Part shown: piece after piece, positions 43,201-54,200 of the stretch
Numbering within the stretch: position 1 is the stretch's first letter
Layout: each line of letters starts with the position of its first letter
Assembly: GCF_018977255.1 (NCBI RefSeq)
Contig: NW_024704751.1
Location: 496,001-560,000 of the forward strand
DNA length: 64,000 nt
Direction of reading: 5' to 3'
Source of the DNA: Callorhinchus milii
Taxonomy: Eukaryota
The notes under the pieces: model-generated
The model's database searches: none
What the model was told of the DNA's origin: nothing
Seen by the model: the letters and a program-made list of their open reading frames with translations, nothing else
Made by a program: the position numbers and the translations under genes

Positions 43201-46200
43201 TTTTCATTATTGGTGCTAATTGGTATGTTTGGCTACAGGATAATTGTTACGAACTTTTTAGGAGGTGAAAACAAGTCTTCCAATATAATTGCTAATGTAA
43301 CTTTAACAAGGCTGTTTAAAAATACGTGAACAGAGCATTTTCCCATATGTTCATTCTCCAGTCTTCATGGGGTTGGGGTAAAATGTTGTATTTGCTAAAA
43401 ATTATTTTTCTAACTGCCAAGATTGCTGAAATTTTAAATGGTTGTGATTGAAGGGGCATTGACAAGTTTCTTCCTCTGAACAAGATATTGCTTCCAGTGC
43501 TGCATAGACATAATGCTTTTTCTATTGTAGGCTGTAGTGGATGCTGTGCTGGCAATAAAGAAACCAGGGGAAGCCATTGATCTCTTCATGGTTGAGATCA
43601 TGGAGATGAAGCATAAATCTGAGAGTGACACCACGTAAGTGATCAGCCAGCTGAACCCTGATATAAGACATGATAGGCATGAGCGAATTCTGCATTAGTT
43701 CTTCCTTAGTTAATGCAGTCAGACACCATGCTATAGTATCCTCACTGAGTTTAGCAAGAGGGTTCTGCCTTGTCTGTTTTGGCAACACCTTTCATTCAGT
43801 GAATACAATTTTCGCTAGGTCTTAAATGTAAAATGACTAGATTAATGGTTGACCCTCAGAAGATTATTGGGATTCTTGTACTGGAGGTGAATTGGTTTTT
43901 TAGTTTGCTTAAGTTCAATCTGCATTTGGGTACAGAGATGCTTCAGTGTCTGATCTAGGTGGGGAGAGGCTTGGTCACCTGAATATTGTCTGCTGCTTGC
44001 ATTATGGAGTAATAATTGTGGAGTCCTGAGGCTCAGTGGTTAGAGCACTCGCCTTGCAAGCAAAACACCTGGATTCAGTTACAGGCAGGGCAAAACCTTG
44101 GGCAAGTTTCCTTACTCCACACACCTAATAGTAATCCCTCCAAAACAATAATAAATTGGTCATTTTCAATCCACGACTGTTTGTGGGACATTGCTGTGCG
44201 CAATTGGCTGCCGCGTTCGCCCACAAATATACAGTCAATTCACTTTACAGTGTGTTCTGTGAAGCGCTTTGGGACGTCCTCCCATCTTGAAAAGCGCTAT
44301 ATCAAATGCAAGGATTATTATTATTAATTGCCTGCCGCGTTTCGCCCACAAATATGCGGTCAATTCACTTTACAGCATATTCTGTGTAGCTCTTTGAGAC
44401 ATCCAGAAGACGTGAAAAGCACTATATCAAATGCAATTATTATTATTAACCATTAGGAACACCAAAAATGTGCAGCACTAAATCACCTGTAAAAGGAAGT
44501 GTTTTTAAAAAGTAATGTTTTGTTGGCTGAAGTTGTGTAGTTAGGTTCTTTCCCTCTGAGAGTAAATATAACTGGCTTTTTTCCCCTTCCCAACAGACTG
44601 GTGAGAGGGCTAGTGTTAGATCATGGTGCTCGTCATCCAGATATGAAGAAAAGAGTAGAAGATGCATTCATCCTTACCTGCAATGTTTCCCTGGAATATG
44701 AAAAGACGTATGTATGGGCGGCTTTCAGAACTGTTTATCTGTTGAATGGGGCATCAGTACCGTGCTGCAAGTTTACACGTGGTTACACATGTATGTGGTT
44801 AAGCAGACTTTGTTGTGCAAAACAATCACAAGTTGTTTTTCATTTCACCTCAGAGAGGTAAACTCGGGATTCTTCTACAAAAGTGCTGGCGAACGAGAAA
44901 AGTTAGTGCAAGCTGAGAGAAAGTTTATTGAAGATCGAATTAGTAAAATTATAGAATTGAAGAGGAAAGCCTGCGGTGACTCCAGTAAAGGATTTGTAGT
45001 TATTAACCAAAAGGCAAGTATTTTGGTTTACAACATTTCATTATTTTTTTTAACCTTATCTTAAGAAAGTTGCCAACTGTGACAATTATCTCTCCCATCA
45101 TTCTCATGTTTACCCCTTGTTATAATGATATTTGAAGAGGAAAGCCTGGAGATGTGATTGGTTTGCAGGATGGTTTTGATGCAGGTTGAATATTCCAATG
45201 TATGATTTCACATCGTTATAAGCATTCACCCTTATTGAAATCCACCAACACTAATTGTCACCCATTTCAGAGAGAATTCCAGGCATTGCTAGCTTTCGCC
45301 TTCGTAATGTGATGAATATTTGCCCTGGGCAGTAGAGCTAAGCAAACCTTGCTGAATGTGGGGCTGTCCTGGAGTATCCTTGTGACCACCTTTAATCTTG
45401 CTTGGCAGGGTGTTGATCCATTATCATTAGATGCTCTTGCAAAGGAAGGCATTGTGGCACTGCGGAGAGCGAAGAGAAGGAACATGGAGAGGTTAGTGAA
45501 GTGATGTCAAGCTGTTGGACAGAATGTATTTGCGGTGTATTTTATTATGTGCTTTTTTGTTTCACTAACCTCACAGCCAGTCAGGAACCTGGGTGTCTTG
45601 TTTGACCCTTAACTGTCCTTTCTCCCCCACATCCGCGCCATGACCGGCACTGCCTACCACCACCTCCGCAACATTGCCAAACTCTGCCGCTGCCTCACCC
45701 TCAGGCTGCCGAAACCCTCACCCACACATTCGTCACATCAAGGCTCGATTATGGAAACTCCCTCCTCATCAGCCTTCCCAACTCTTCCCTTCACAAGCTG
45801 AAGATCATCCTAAACTCTGCAACTCGTGTACTCTCACGCACCAGGCTCCGTGACCCCATCACTCTCACCCTCACCCAATTCCACTGGCTCCCCATCCCCC
45901 AGAGAATCGAATTCAAGATCCTCGTCCTCACTTTCAAGGCCGCCCATGGCTTTGCCACTTCCTACCTCTCTGACCTGCTGACTCCCTGCCAACCTGCCCG
46001 CTCGCTCCGTTCAGCGGGCTCCGGTTTGCTCCTTGTCTCCTGCTCGACCCGCCCTACCATCGGTGGCCGGGCTTTCAGTCTCTCTGCCCCCACACTCTGG
46101 AACTCCATCCCACAGTTACCTTCGCCTCGATTTCTCCCTCGCCTCCTTCAAGGCCAGTCTCAAGACCCTCATCTTCGACCATGCCTTCAGTCGCCCTCCC

Positions 46201-49200
46201 ACCTCTCTGCCTTCCCTCACCCCTACCCCACCCCTCCCCTTTGCTCAGGTCCTGACCCCTGACTGTCCAGCGCCTTGGGACGTCCTCCAGACGTGAAAAG
46301 CGCTCTATAAATATAGTGTTGTTTGTGTTATGCCCTTGGGCAACATTTATTTTAATTTATCTTTTTCAGTGAATTGTTCATTGGGTCTGATTAGACATTC
46401 CTTCTCTAATGGTGATGCATTAAATCTGCAAAAAGCTGTTTTTCTTAACATACCTAATCAACCAGGATTTGTAGTTTCAGTATTCAAATCAAGTGAAGCT
46501 TATGAAAACCATATTCTTTTGATAATATGCTACACATGTGGCACTTGTCAAAGAGCTGCTCACAGCCAACGAACTTGAAAGTACAATTTCCCATCTTCAC
46601 AACACATTCAGACTGGTAATAGTTATCCTACAAACAGCTAATCTTTTGTCTGAACTTGTTATAAATCTTCAGGTGAATCTAAAACTCTTAGAAAATGGTT
46701 AATTCTAAATATAATTGATAAGTAGTCTATAATGAAGAGCTGGGTTGATGCAAAATGCTGGGTGTTTGCTGGTATGAAACCATTTTTGACAGAGCTACTT
46801 TAATTATTTCAGATTGACACTTGCCTGTGGAGGAATTGCCATGAATTCTGTGGAGGATCTCACCGTGGACTGTTTGGGGCATGCTGGACTTGTCTATGAA
46901 CACACATTGGTAGGTGTTTATTGTGGAGTCCTGTATCTAAGTGGTTAGAGCACTCGCCTCACAAGCGAGAGATCTGGGTTCGATTCCCAGCAGGGCGAAA
47001 TGTTGGGCAAATTTCCTTACTCCACACGCCTTTGTTTACCTACCAGTAATTAGGAATCCAGTTGTTAGTTGATTGACGGATCGCTTTTCTGGGGGTAATA
47101 ATTACTTCAAAACAAAAATAATAAGAGGAATAAATTGGTCGCTCAATCCATGACTGTTTGTGGGAAACTGCTGTGTGCAATTGGCTGCCATATTTTGCCC
47201 ACATAATATACACTCAATTCAATTTACATTATATTCTGTGAAGCGCTTTAAGACGTCTTGAAGATGTGATAAGGCACTATATCAAATGCAAGTATTTTAT
47301 TAATGTTTGGCTCTCCAGTGGTCGATTTTAAAAACATCAGCAGGTGAATTCCCAACCCCAAGAGTAAGGCCGCTGACCTGCTGAGTGACTGGGGCTGTGA
47401 ACGAAGTATTAGGGCTGTAATATTCTCTTTTGAGGCAGTTACTGTGGAGGTTTTGGCTGAGTAGCAATGCAATGTGATGAAAGCTGGTCGTTGTTGTTAC
47501 AGGGTGAAGAGAAGTTCACCTTTATTGAGCAATGTGACAACCCCAGATCTGTGACTCTGCTTCTCAAAGGACCAAACAAGCACACCTTAACACAGATCAA
47601 AGATGCTGTGCGTGATGGGCTTCGTGCTGTGAAAAATGCAATTGAGGATGGTAAGTGCACAAAATGTTACGGACAATTGTAATTTGTAACTGAACCTTGG
47701 TGCGAAGTGCTTGAGCACTGAAGTACTACTTTCTCGCTGCTGGTACAATAGCTTGGGTAGATCAGGGGGATAATGGGGAGAAGGAAGGAATATAACTGTT
47801 GGTTTCTAGAAATGAAGCTAATGTCCTGGAATTTTGTTTAGAATTGTTTGAAACTGATAACTGCTGATATCGGGAATTCTTAAAAATCTTTCCTGTTAGG
47901 TTGTGTGGTGCCAGGTGCAGGTGCATTTGAAATTGCTGTGGCAGATGGTTTGGTCAAGCACAAGTCCAATATAAAGGGCAGAGCACAGCTGGGAGTACAG
48001 GCATTCGCTGATGCTTTGTTGATCATTCCTAAGGTAAGCATGTCTCCCTCACATTTTTCAATGCTATTTCTTCTTTATCCAGAGCTTTGACAGGTAAGGA
48101 TTGTGTCTGGACGAACTATTTTTGTATTGATTTTAAATTCGGGGGATTGTACCATTGCCAGCCTCAGCCACACTTGTAAAATGGCTTGGGTTGTACCCTG
48201 AGCTACAGAAAATGCCATTCTATTTCCAGGCTGAGTGCAAGGGAAATGTACCCAACAGCATAGAGTAGAATGATCAAATAGGACAAAATGTTACTTAATG
48301 GTTGGAAGTTGTAACCCAAGTTGTATTTGGTGGGATTTGGACTTTGTGAGCCTGATTTTTAGAAACACTGATTTGCCAATGTCTTCATCTGTACAGATAG
48401 AGATAATAGATTGCAGTTGTCTTGGGTTATTGGAAATGCCCCATAAGTGATTTATCACATGGAAGGATTTTAATTTAAGAATCTTATTGGTTTCAGATTC
48501 TTGCACAAAACTCTGGATATGATCCTCAGGAGACTCTTGTAAAGGTTCAGACTGAATTCTCTGAATCACATCAACTTGTTGGTGTGGACTTAAACACTGG
48601 TAAGCTTTTGTGTTACAATATTTCACTTAAAAGTAACTAAACTTGTGTTATTACATTCAGGGTTTGGACAGTTCCCCTTGACATTCATTAGTTCATCCTT
48701 AACGATCCTCTTTCACTTCCCTGGTGAAAAAAGGAAGGAGTGATTTTGAGTTCTTTATTCTGCATATTTTTGTATAAGTAGGAAACTGTTACTGATGTCG
48801 TTATCTTCTGTTTAATAGGTGAACCAATGTTAGCAGGAGAAGCTGGTGTTTGGGACAATTATAATGTCAAGAAACAGCTTCTGCATTCATGGTAAGTTTC
48901 ATTAGAAAATGAATCTTGCCATTCCCATTTCACTGCATATCTATTGGTGTAGCTGGTGTCAATGTAATGTAAACCAGACCTGTCACTTTTGGGTCTTAAC
49001 TAAGTCATGAACTAAATGGTGACCAAAGAAAATAACTGTTTTAAACTGATGAAAACCTAAACTCTTTATAGTACAGTATTTATTTTGAACTAACACTCTT
49101 AATAGTGAAATCTCTTCTGTTTTTCAGTACTGTGATTGCCAGCAATATCCTCCTGGTTGATGAAATCATGCGAGCTGGAATGTCTTCCTTGAAAGGCTAA
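40266..49200 (+). CDS. CCT6A: T-complex protein 1 subunit zeta, 14 exons, 531 aa
   Basis: Exons 40266-40402, 41509-41572, 41910-42044, 42601-42774, 43531-43634, 44597-44707, 44854-45013, 45409-45491, 46813-46909, 47503-47650, 47900-48033, 48497-48599, 48819-48891, 49128-49200. Shows [25 protein letters not shown] and the end [16 protein letters not shown]. Confidence 0.97.
41183..41492 (+). mobile_element. tRNA-derived SINE, short young variant
   Basis: Intact A/B-box head with a tRNA-Ala-like ttgca anticodon region and an L2-like 3' tail. Confidence 0.9.
42384..43091 (+). repeat. 154-bp direct duplication (42384-42537 and 42938-43091) flanking CCT6A exon 4
   Basis: tcagaaaga...ggatttgatgt occurs twice with about 6 substitutions. 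Confidence 0.9.
43677..43810 (+). ncRNA. SNORA15: H/ACA snoRNA, SNORA15-like, in CCT6A intron 5
   Basis: First hairpin gcatg..cgaat...cagacaccatgc, H box atagta, second hairpin ending gtgaatACAatt. Matches recalled SNORA15 landmarks, and CCT6A is its known host gene. Confidence 0.8.
44020..44447 (+). mobile_element. tRNA-derived SINE followed by a tandem second 3' half
   Basis: Full copy at 44020-44326 followed by a partial body and tail at 44327-44447. Confidence 0.85.
45575..46320 (+). mobile_element. L2 LINE 3' fragment in CCT6A intron 8
   Basis: [23 protein letters not shown] and [18 protein letters not shown], with tail gcgccttgggacgtcctcc. Confidence 0.85.
46925..47300 (+). mobile_element. 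tRNA-derived SINE, long variant
   Basis: Starts about 15 nt downstream of the exon 9 donor. Confidence 0.8.
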
Positions 49201-50339
49201 ATTGTTAGTTAAAAAATGGAATTCTTTTATGGATGAACAGCTCTAGCCCCTTCACATCCAGCATACCACTATACTGCAACCTTCTGCCTGACTCCTCCAC
49301 AAAGCAAAGTGTAGCTAATGTGAACAAGGCTTCCATTTCTCTGGTTATAATAGTTTTCAGAGAAGTCTGGCATTTTCACTTCAGTCTTTAATCCATTAGC
49401 AGCACAGCAGTACTAGTGTTCATGTTTCACGGTTATTTATTTGAATAATTTTGTATTGACCCACATTCAACTGAATGGCTTGGTTTTCCATTTGTATCCA
49501 AGCACTGAATAAAATTAGTTGTTTTGCAAGTGGTTTACATGTCTTGAGTGGATTTTAATATAGAACTGTATTTCAGAAAATGTCTGACAGTAAAGACAAG
49601 GCTTTAGTAAAGGTACATACATATGTAAATCAGCTGATTGCATAAATATTTTAAGATCTAAGGTTAATAAAAGTCTGCATTTGTGCCATGAGGTAACAGC
49701 TTGTTCGCAGAGACCTCTGCTTCTGTTGAAGTAGTTAAAGACAATTTTATTTGGGTAATTATGGGCCAGGTCAGGGGAAAAACTCCCTTTTGTTTTTGAA
49801 CAGTGCAGTGGGATCTTTAAGGTCCTCCTGGACAGGTAGATGTGTTAGCTCTGATATGAAAGATGGCATCTCTGTCAGTACATTACACCCCACCAATGCA
49901 CTGGAGTGTCATCTTAGGAGTATGATTCCAACTCGACATACTTCAGAGGCAAGATTGCTGGCACCTGAGCCAAGCTGTTGACTGGCCACACGGTTATAAT
50001 AATATTTGCACCAAGATGGGTCATTTCCTCCCGCTGCTTGGCAGACACCAGCCTGCTTCAGGGCTCCTGCGCCCCCCTCCCCACCATTGGCTGTTGGCCA
50101 TTCAGCAACTCTGCCCCCACGCTCTGGAACTCTTATCCCGCAATCCCTCTGCCTCACCCCCTCTCCCACCCCCCCCCCCCCCCCCCCCCCCGCCTCCTTC
50201 AAGTCCTGGCTAAAGACCTTCCTCTTTGGCCACACCACACCCTCTGCCCTCCACCCCACCTGACCCAGCATGGGATCCAAAAAAAAAAACCCCGACTGTC
50301 CAGCGCCCTCGGACGTCCTCCCGACGTGAAGGGCGCTGT

Positions 50340-50660
50340 GCACGTGTACTCCGTTGTTTACGAGGTGGGCAACTCCTGCCACCGGGCCGTCGCCAACCAC
50401 ACTCCGGCGAGTCACTGAATGGATTACACGTGGCGCCGGGTTCAGGTCTGCGCATGCGCGGGAGTCGTGGTAACGGGGGCCTCTGGACCTGGCGGCCCGG
50501 GGTGTCCGCTCAGCGCCTGATGTGAGCGGCGCCTCCCGGCGCCGCTCACATCAGGCGCTGAGCGGACACCCCGGGCCGCCAGGAGGTGCGCGCTGAGGCA
50601 TTTTGTGAAATAAACGCGGGCCCGAGGCGCCGGGCGAGGCCTACAGGCTGAGCCTCAGGC
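50340..50660 (+). promoter_or_regulatory. SUMF2 CpG-island promoter and probable non-coding first exon
   Basis: E-boxes cacgtg (50341 and about 50427), NRF1-like tgcgcatgcgc (about 50449), an X-box-like gtggtaacg and a candidate donor gag/gtgcgc near 50585. Confidence 0.55.
50488..50583. repeat. Perfect inverted repeat, 46-bp arms and 4-nt loop
   Basis: 50488-50533 is the exact reverse complement of 50538-50583. The loop is tccc. Confidence 0.97.
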
Positions 50661-51288
50661 CCTGAATTAATATCTAACAAATCATCCCCTTTATTTCCCA
50701 GTAGCCCCCAGTGGGGGGTGGGGGGGGGGGGGCTCAGAGCTCAGCTCTGGGAGGTGTAGTGACTGTGTGTGTGTGTCTGTGGGTGAATGCCTCGGCGGCT
50801 CGTCTGCGCTCAGCAATGTCCCCGCGAACCGCCACGAAGCGAGCGAGCGCGCGCGCGCGCGCGGTTTAACCCGTGAGGGATTGTCGGGCGGGACACCCCG
50901 ACAGCGAGAGAAAGTCCCTTCTCTTTCCCGCTCCCATCATCACTGCGGTAAAACCGTTTGTGTCCTCCCGGAGAGGCCACACACGTGTGGGGGGAGGAGG
51001 GAGTGAGGTTTAACGTCTCCCATCAAAGGAAGGCCTCTCTCCGACAATGCGACGCTCCTCCCTCCCAGTGCTGCGCTGGAGCGTCAGTTTAAACTATTTG
51101 AGTCTCAGATTCCCCGACGTGGGGGTTTGATCCTATGACTTTCTGTCTCAGAGATGAGAGTGCTCTGAGACAGGAGGAACATATGGGGTGGGGTGGGAGG
51201 GGGGTGGGGCTTGCGTGTGCATGTGTGTGTGTGTGTGATGATCGGGTTTTTGTGTAGGATTAAAATCTCATTTATTTTCTAGGGGAAC

Positions 51289-54200
51289 ATGAGACACTAC
51301 CGGCTGTTATCGTTTCTCCTTTGTGCCTGGAGCTGGGTTAGAGAGACTTCCCAAGGTGGGTAACCTGCCACTCGGGCCTCATTGGTGTTTTTGTTACTGA
51401 TCAAATGCCATTTTGACCCCAGCCTGCGGTGCTTTCAGACCAGCGTGTGGTGGAGCTGGCTGGTGGGACGTTCCGCATGGGCACGGATGCTTCCGACGCC
51501 CGGGACGGAGAGGCACCTGCTCGAGGAGTGACCGTGAAGCCATTTGCCATTGATGTGCATCCCGTCACTAACGCTGAGTTCAGGTGAGGCACAGGGGTCA
51601 GCAGTGCCTTTAAAACAACTCCTCAAAGTCAGCAGCATTTCAGAGACCAAATTGCATCCCAATAGTTTGCTGAGGAAACCTCAGTTGTTACTGTTACACT
51701 GCTGTGAAATTGAGCATTTCCCCCCAATGCTCGGGTCCTGACCCAACTGTCCAGCGCCTTGGGACGTCCTCCTGACGTGAAAGGCGCTCTATAAATGAAA
51801 TCTTCTTGTTGTTTAGAAAGCTTTTGGGAGGCACAGGAGTACTGGAAGGCGGCACGAGCGGGTGGCAGAATTCTCTGATTGATGTTTTTTTATCCCCCCC
51901 CCCTTCTGCTTCCTAAACAGAGAGTTTGTCAGATCCCAGAAATACAAGACTGAGGCAGAATCCTTCGGCTGGAGTTTTGTTTTTGAAGACTTTGTCTCGG
52001 CGGAACTGAGAATGAAAGTGACACAGAAAATCGAGGTACAGTAACATGTGCCTGACACTGTAGAGTGAGAGGGTTAGAGCAGAATATTTGTAAACTGTAA
52101 GGGAAGTACAAGTTTCAAGTTCATATTACTTCTCTATGAACTCTTTATATGCTAGCATCCTATCTGGATTATGCATCCCTATTAACTCGTTGAGGACAGG
52201 AGCAGAAAAGGCTTTTACAACAATTTTTTTTTGCCCAGCTGGGTGTCTGACACATGCGGAAACTTATCACCATGCTTAAAGAGTATCCAAGCCAGGCTGA
52301 TATTTCCGTGCATTGCATCTACACATGCAAATTTCTGAGATAGATTGTTGGAATGGAATGTGCACTCTCTCTCTGGAGGTCCTGCTTACCTAATTCCAGA
52401 AAGTATTAGGTGTAGGCTGGCAAAAGCCTGCCTGGACCTGCCTGGCTTGGGGATCCCAGAGTGTGCGTTGGGGTACTGCTGGAGTCTAACTAGCTAAAAG
52501 TAACATAGCTTGCCATTGATATTGCTGTCATGCAAGCTTTCCTGCTGCTTGTCCAGCTAGACCACCCTACCCGTTAGGACTTTGGCTTGCAGGGTTAACA
52601 GGAGCTGAGTGGGATGACTCCCTACCCCCAGTGACCTGTCTACCCTTCCAGGTCCTGCCGATGGGTTGTGCTGTCATCAGCAGTGCCCTGGAATGCTGCG
52701 GACCTGCCTGGCTCAGGAATTGGACTAGAGACAGCTACAGAGGGCTGGCTTGATTCTGACGTAGTGGAGTCCTGTAGCTCAGTGGTTAGAGCACTCGCTT
52801 TGCAAGTGAGAGACCTGAGTTCAATTCCAGGCAGAGGGCGAAACCTTGGGCAAGTTTCCTTACTCCACACAGAGCCTAATAATAATCCCTCCAAAAAACC
52901 AAAAACAATAATAAATTGGTCATTTTCAATCTACGACTGTTTGTGGGACATTGCTGTGCGCAATTGGCTGCCGCGTTCGCCCACAAATATACGGTCAATT
53001 CACTTTACAGTATATTCTGTGAAGCGCTTTGGGACGTCCTCCCGACGTGAAAAGCGCTATATCAAATGCAAGGATTATTATTATTCCATTGCCAGGCATG
53101 TCACCTTGGAGCCAATTCAGCTCCAAGGAGACCCCTCCTTACAACAGCCACCACAAATTACATTTGTTTCGCGCCTTTCACACCAGGATGATGTTTACGG
53201 TAAAAGTTCACATCTGCGAAGAATAACTAGTGGATCGGTAGCACGGTGAACCAGGTTACTTGCCTGTCAACCGGGTCAGGAACCCTGTGTGGAGACGAGA
53301 GTGGAACTTGTTTCACTGCAGAAAGCAAAATACCTCAGATGCTGAAAATCTGAAATAAAAACGGAAGTGGCTGGGAACACGCAGCAGGTCAGGCAGCATC
53401 TATGGAGAGAGGAAAGTGAGTTAAGGTTTCAGGTCGGTGACCTTTCCTGTGTGTGTGTTCCCACCCACTTCTGTTTCACTGCAGTACCGCTACCACCTGC
53501 TGGAGCTGCTGCTGAGTGATGGGGCAGTGCCACCTGCAGGCTCTCATCGGTCCTGCAGCCCGGCTGATCCTGTGCTTCTGTACGTGTGATCTCAACACAA
53601 CAAATTGCATTTACGCAGCGCCTTTTACCACAGTGGGACGTCCCGAGGTGCTGGAACAGGTTTGCAAAGCATATTACAGCAGAGGGCACAAGTTGAGAGT
53701 TCATAGAGTTATACAGTACAGAAGGAGGCCATTCGGCCCATCGTGACTGTGCCAGCTCTGAAAAGAGCTTCCAAATCAATGCCACCCCCCCCAACCCCCG
53801 CTCTCTCCCCATAGCCCTGCAAACTTGTCCTCCCCAAATAATCATCTACTTCTCTCTTAAAAGTTGTTATCGAATCGGCTTCCACCAGCCTTTCAGGCCA
53901 TGCATTCCAGATCCCAGCAACTCACTGTGTGAAAAAATTTCTCCTCACCCCCCCCTCTTTTTTAACAACTATTTTAGTGTTACTATTACTGCCTAATCTT
54001 TTAACTATTCTAAATCAGTGTCCTCCGGTTACCAACCCACCCGCCAGTGAGTGGAAATAGTTTCTCCACGCTCTGCAGTTCTGGATAGTCTGCAATGGAG
54101 GCAAGAGTTGGGGAACATAAGAACATAACAAAATGCTGACCAACGAAAAAAGACCAAGGTCCATCTAGTTCGCCTTCCACCTCCCTGGCAGTCGTATGCA

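Noticed and set aside
50841-50863. (CG)n run with Z-DNA potential
   Set aside because: A short microsatellite inside a repeat-derived, CpG-rich segment, with nothing specific to support a function.
51421-51438. Alternative SUMF2 exon 2 acceptor at 51422
   Set aside because: Its phase is incompatible with the exon 1 donor. The acceptor at 51438 keeps the frame.
52668-53249. 193-aa ORF and similar recurring ORFs ([18 protein letters not shown]...)
   Set aside because: Chance open frame in the SINE consensus, repeated at each copy.
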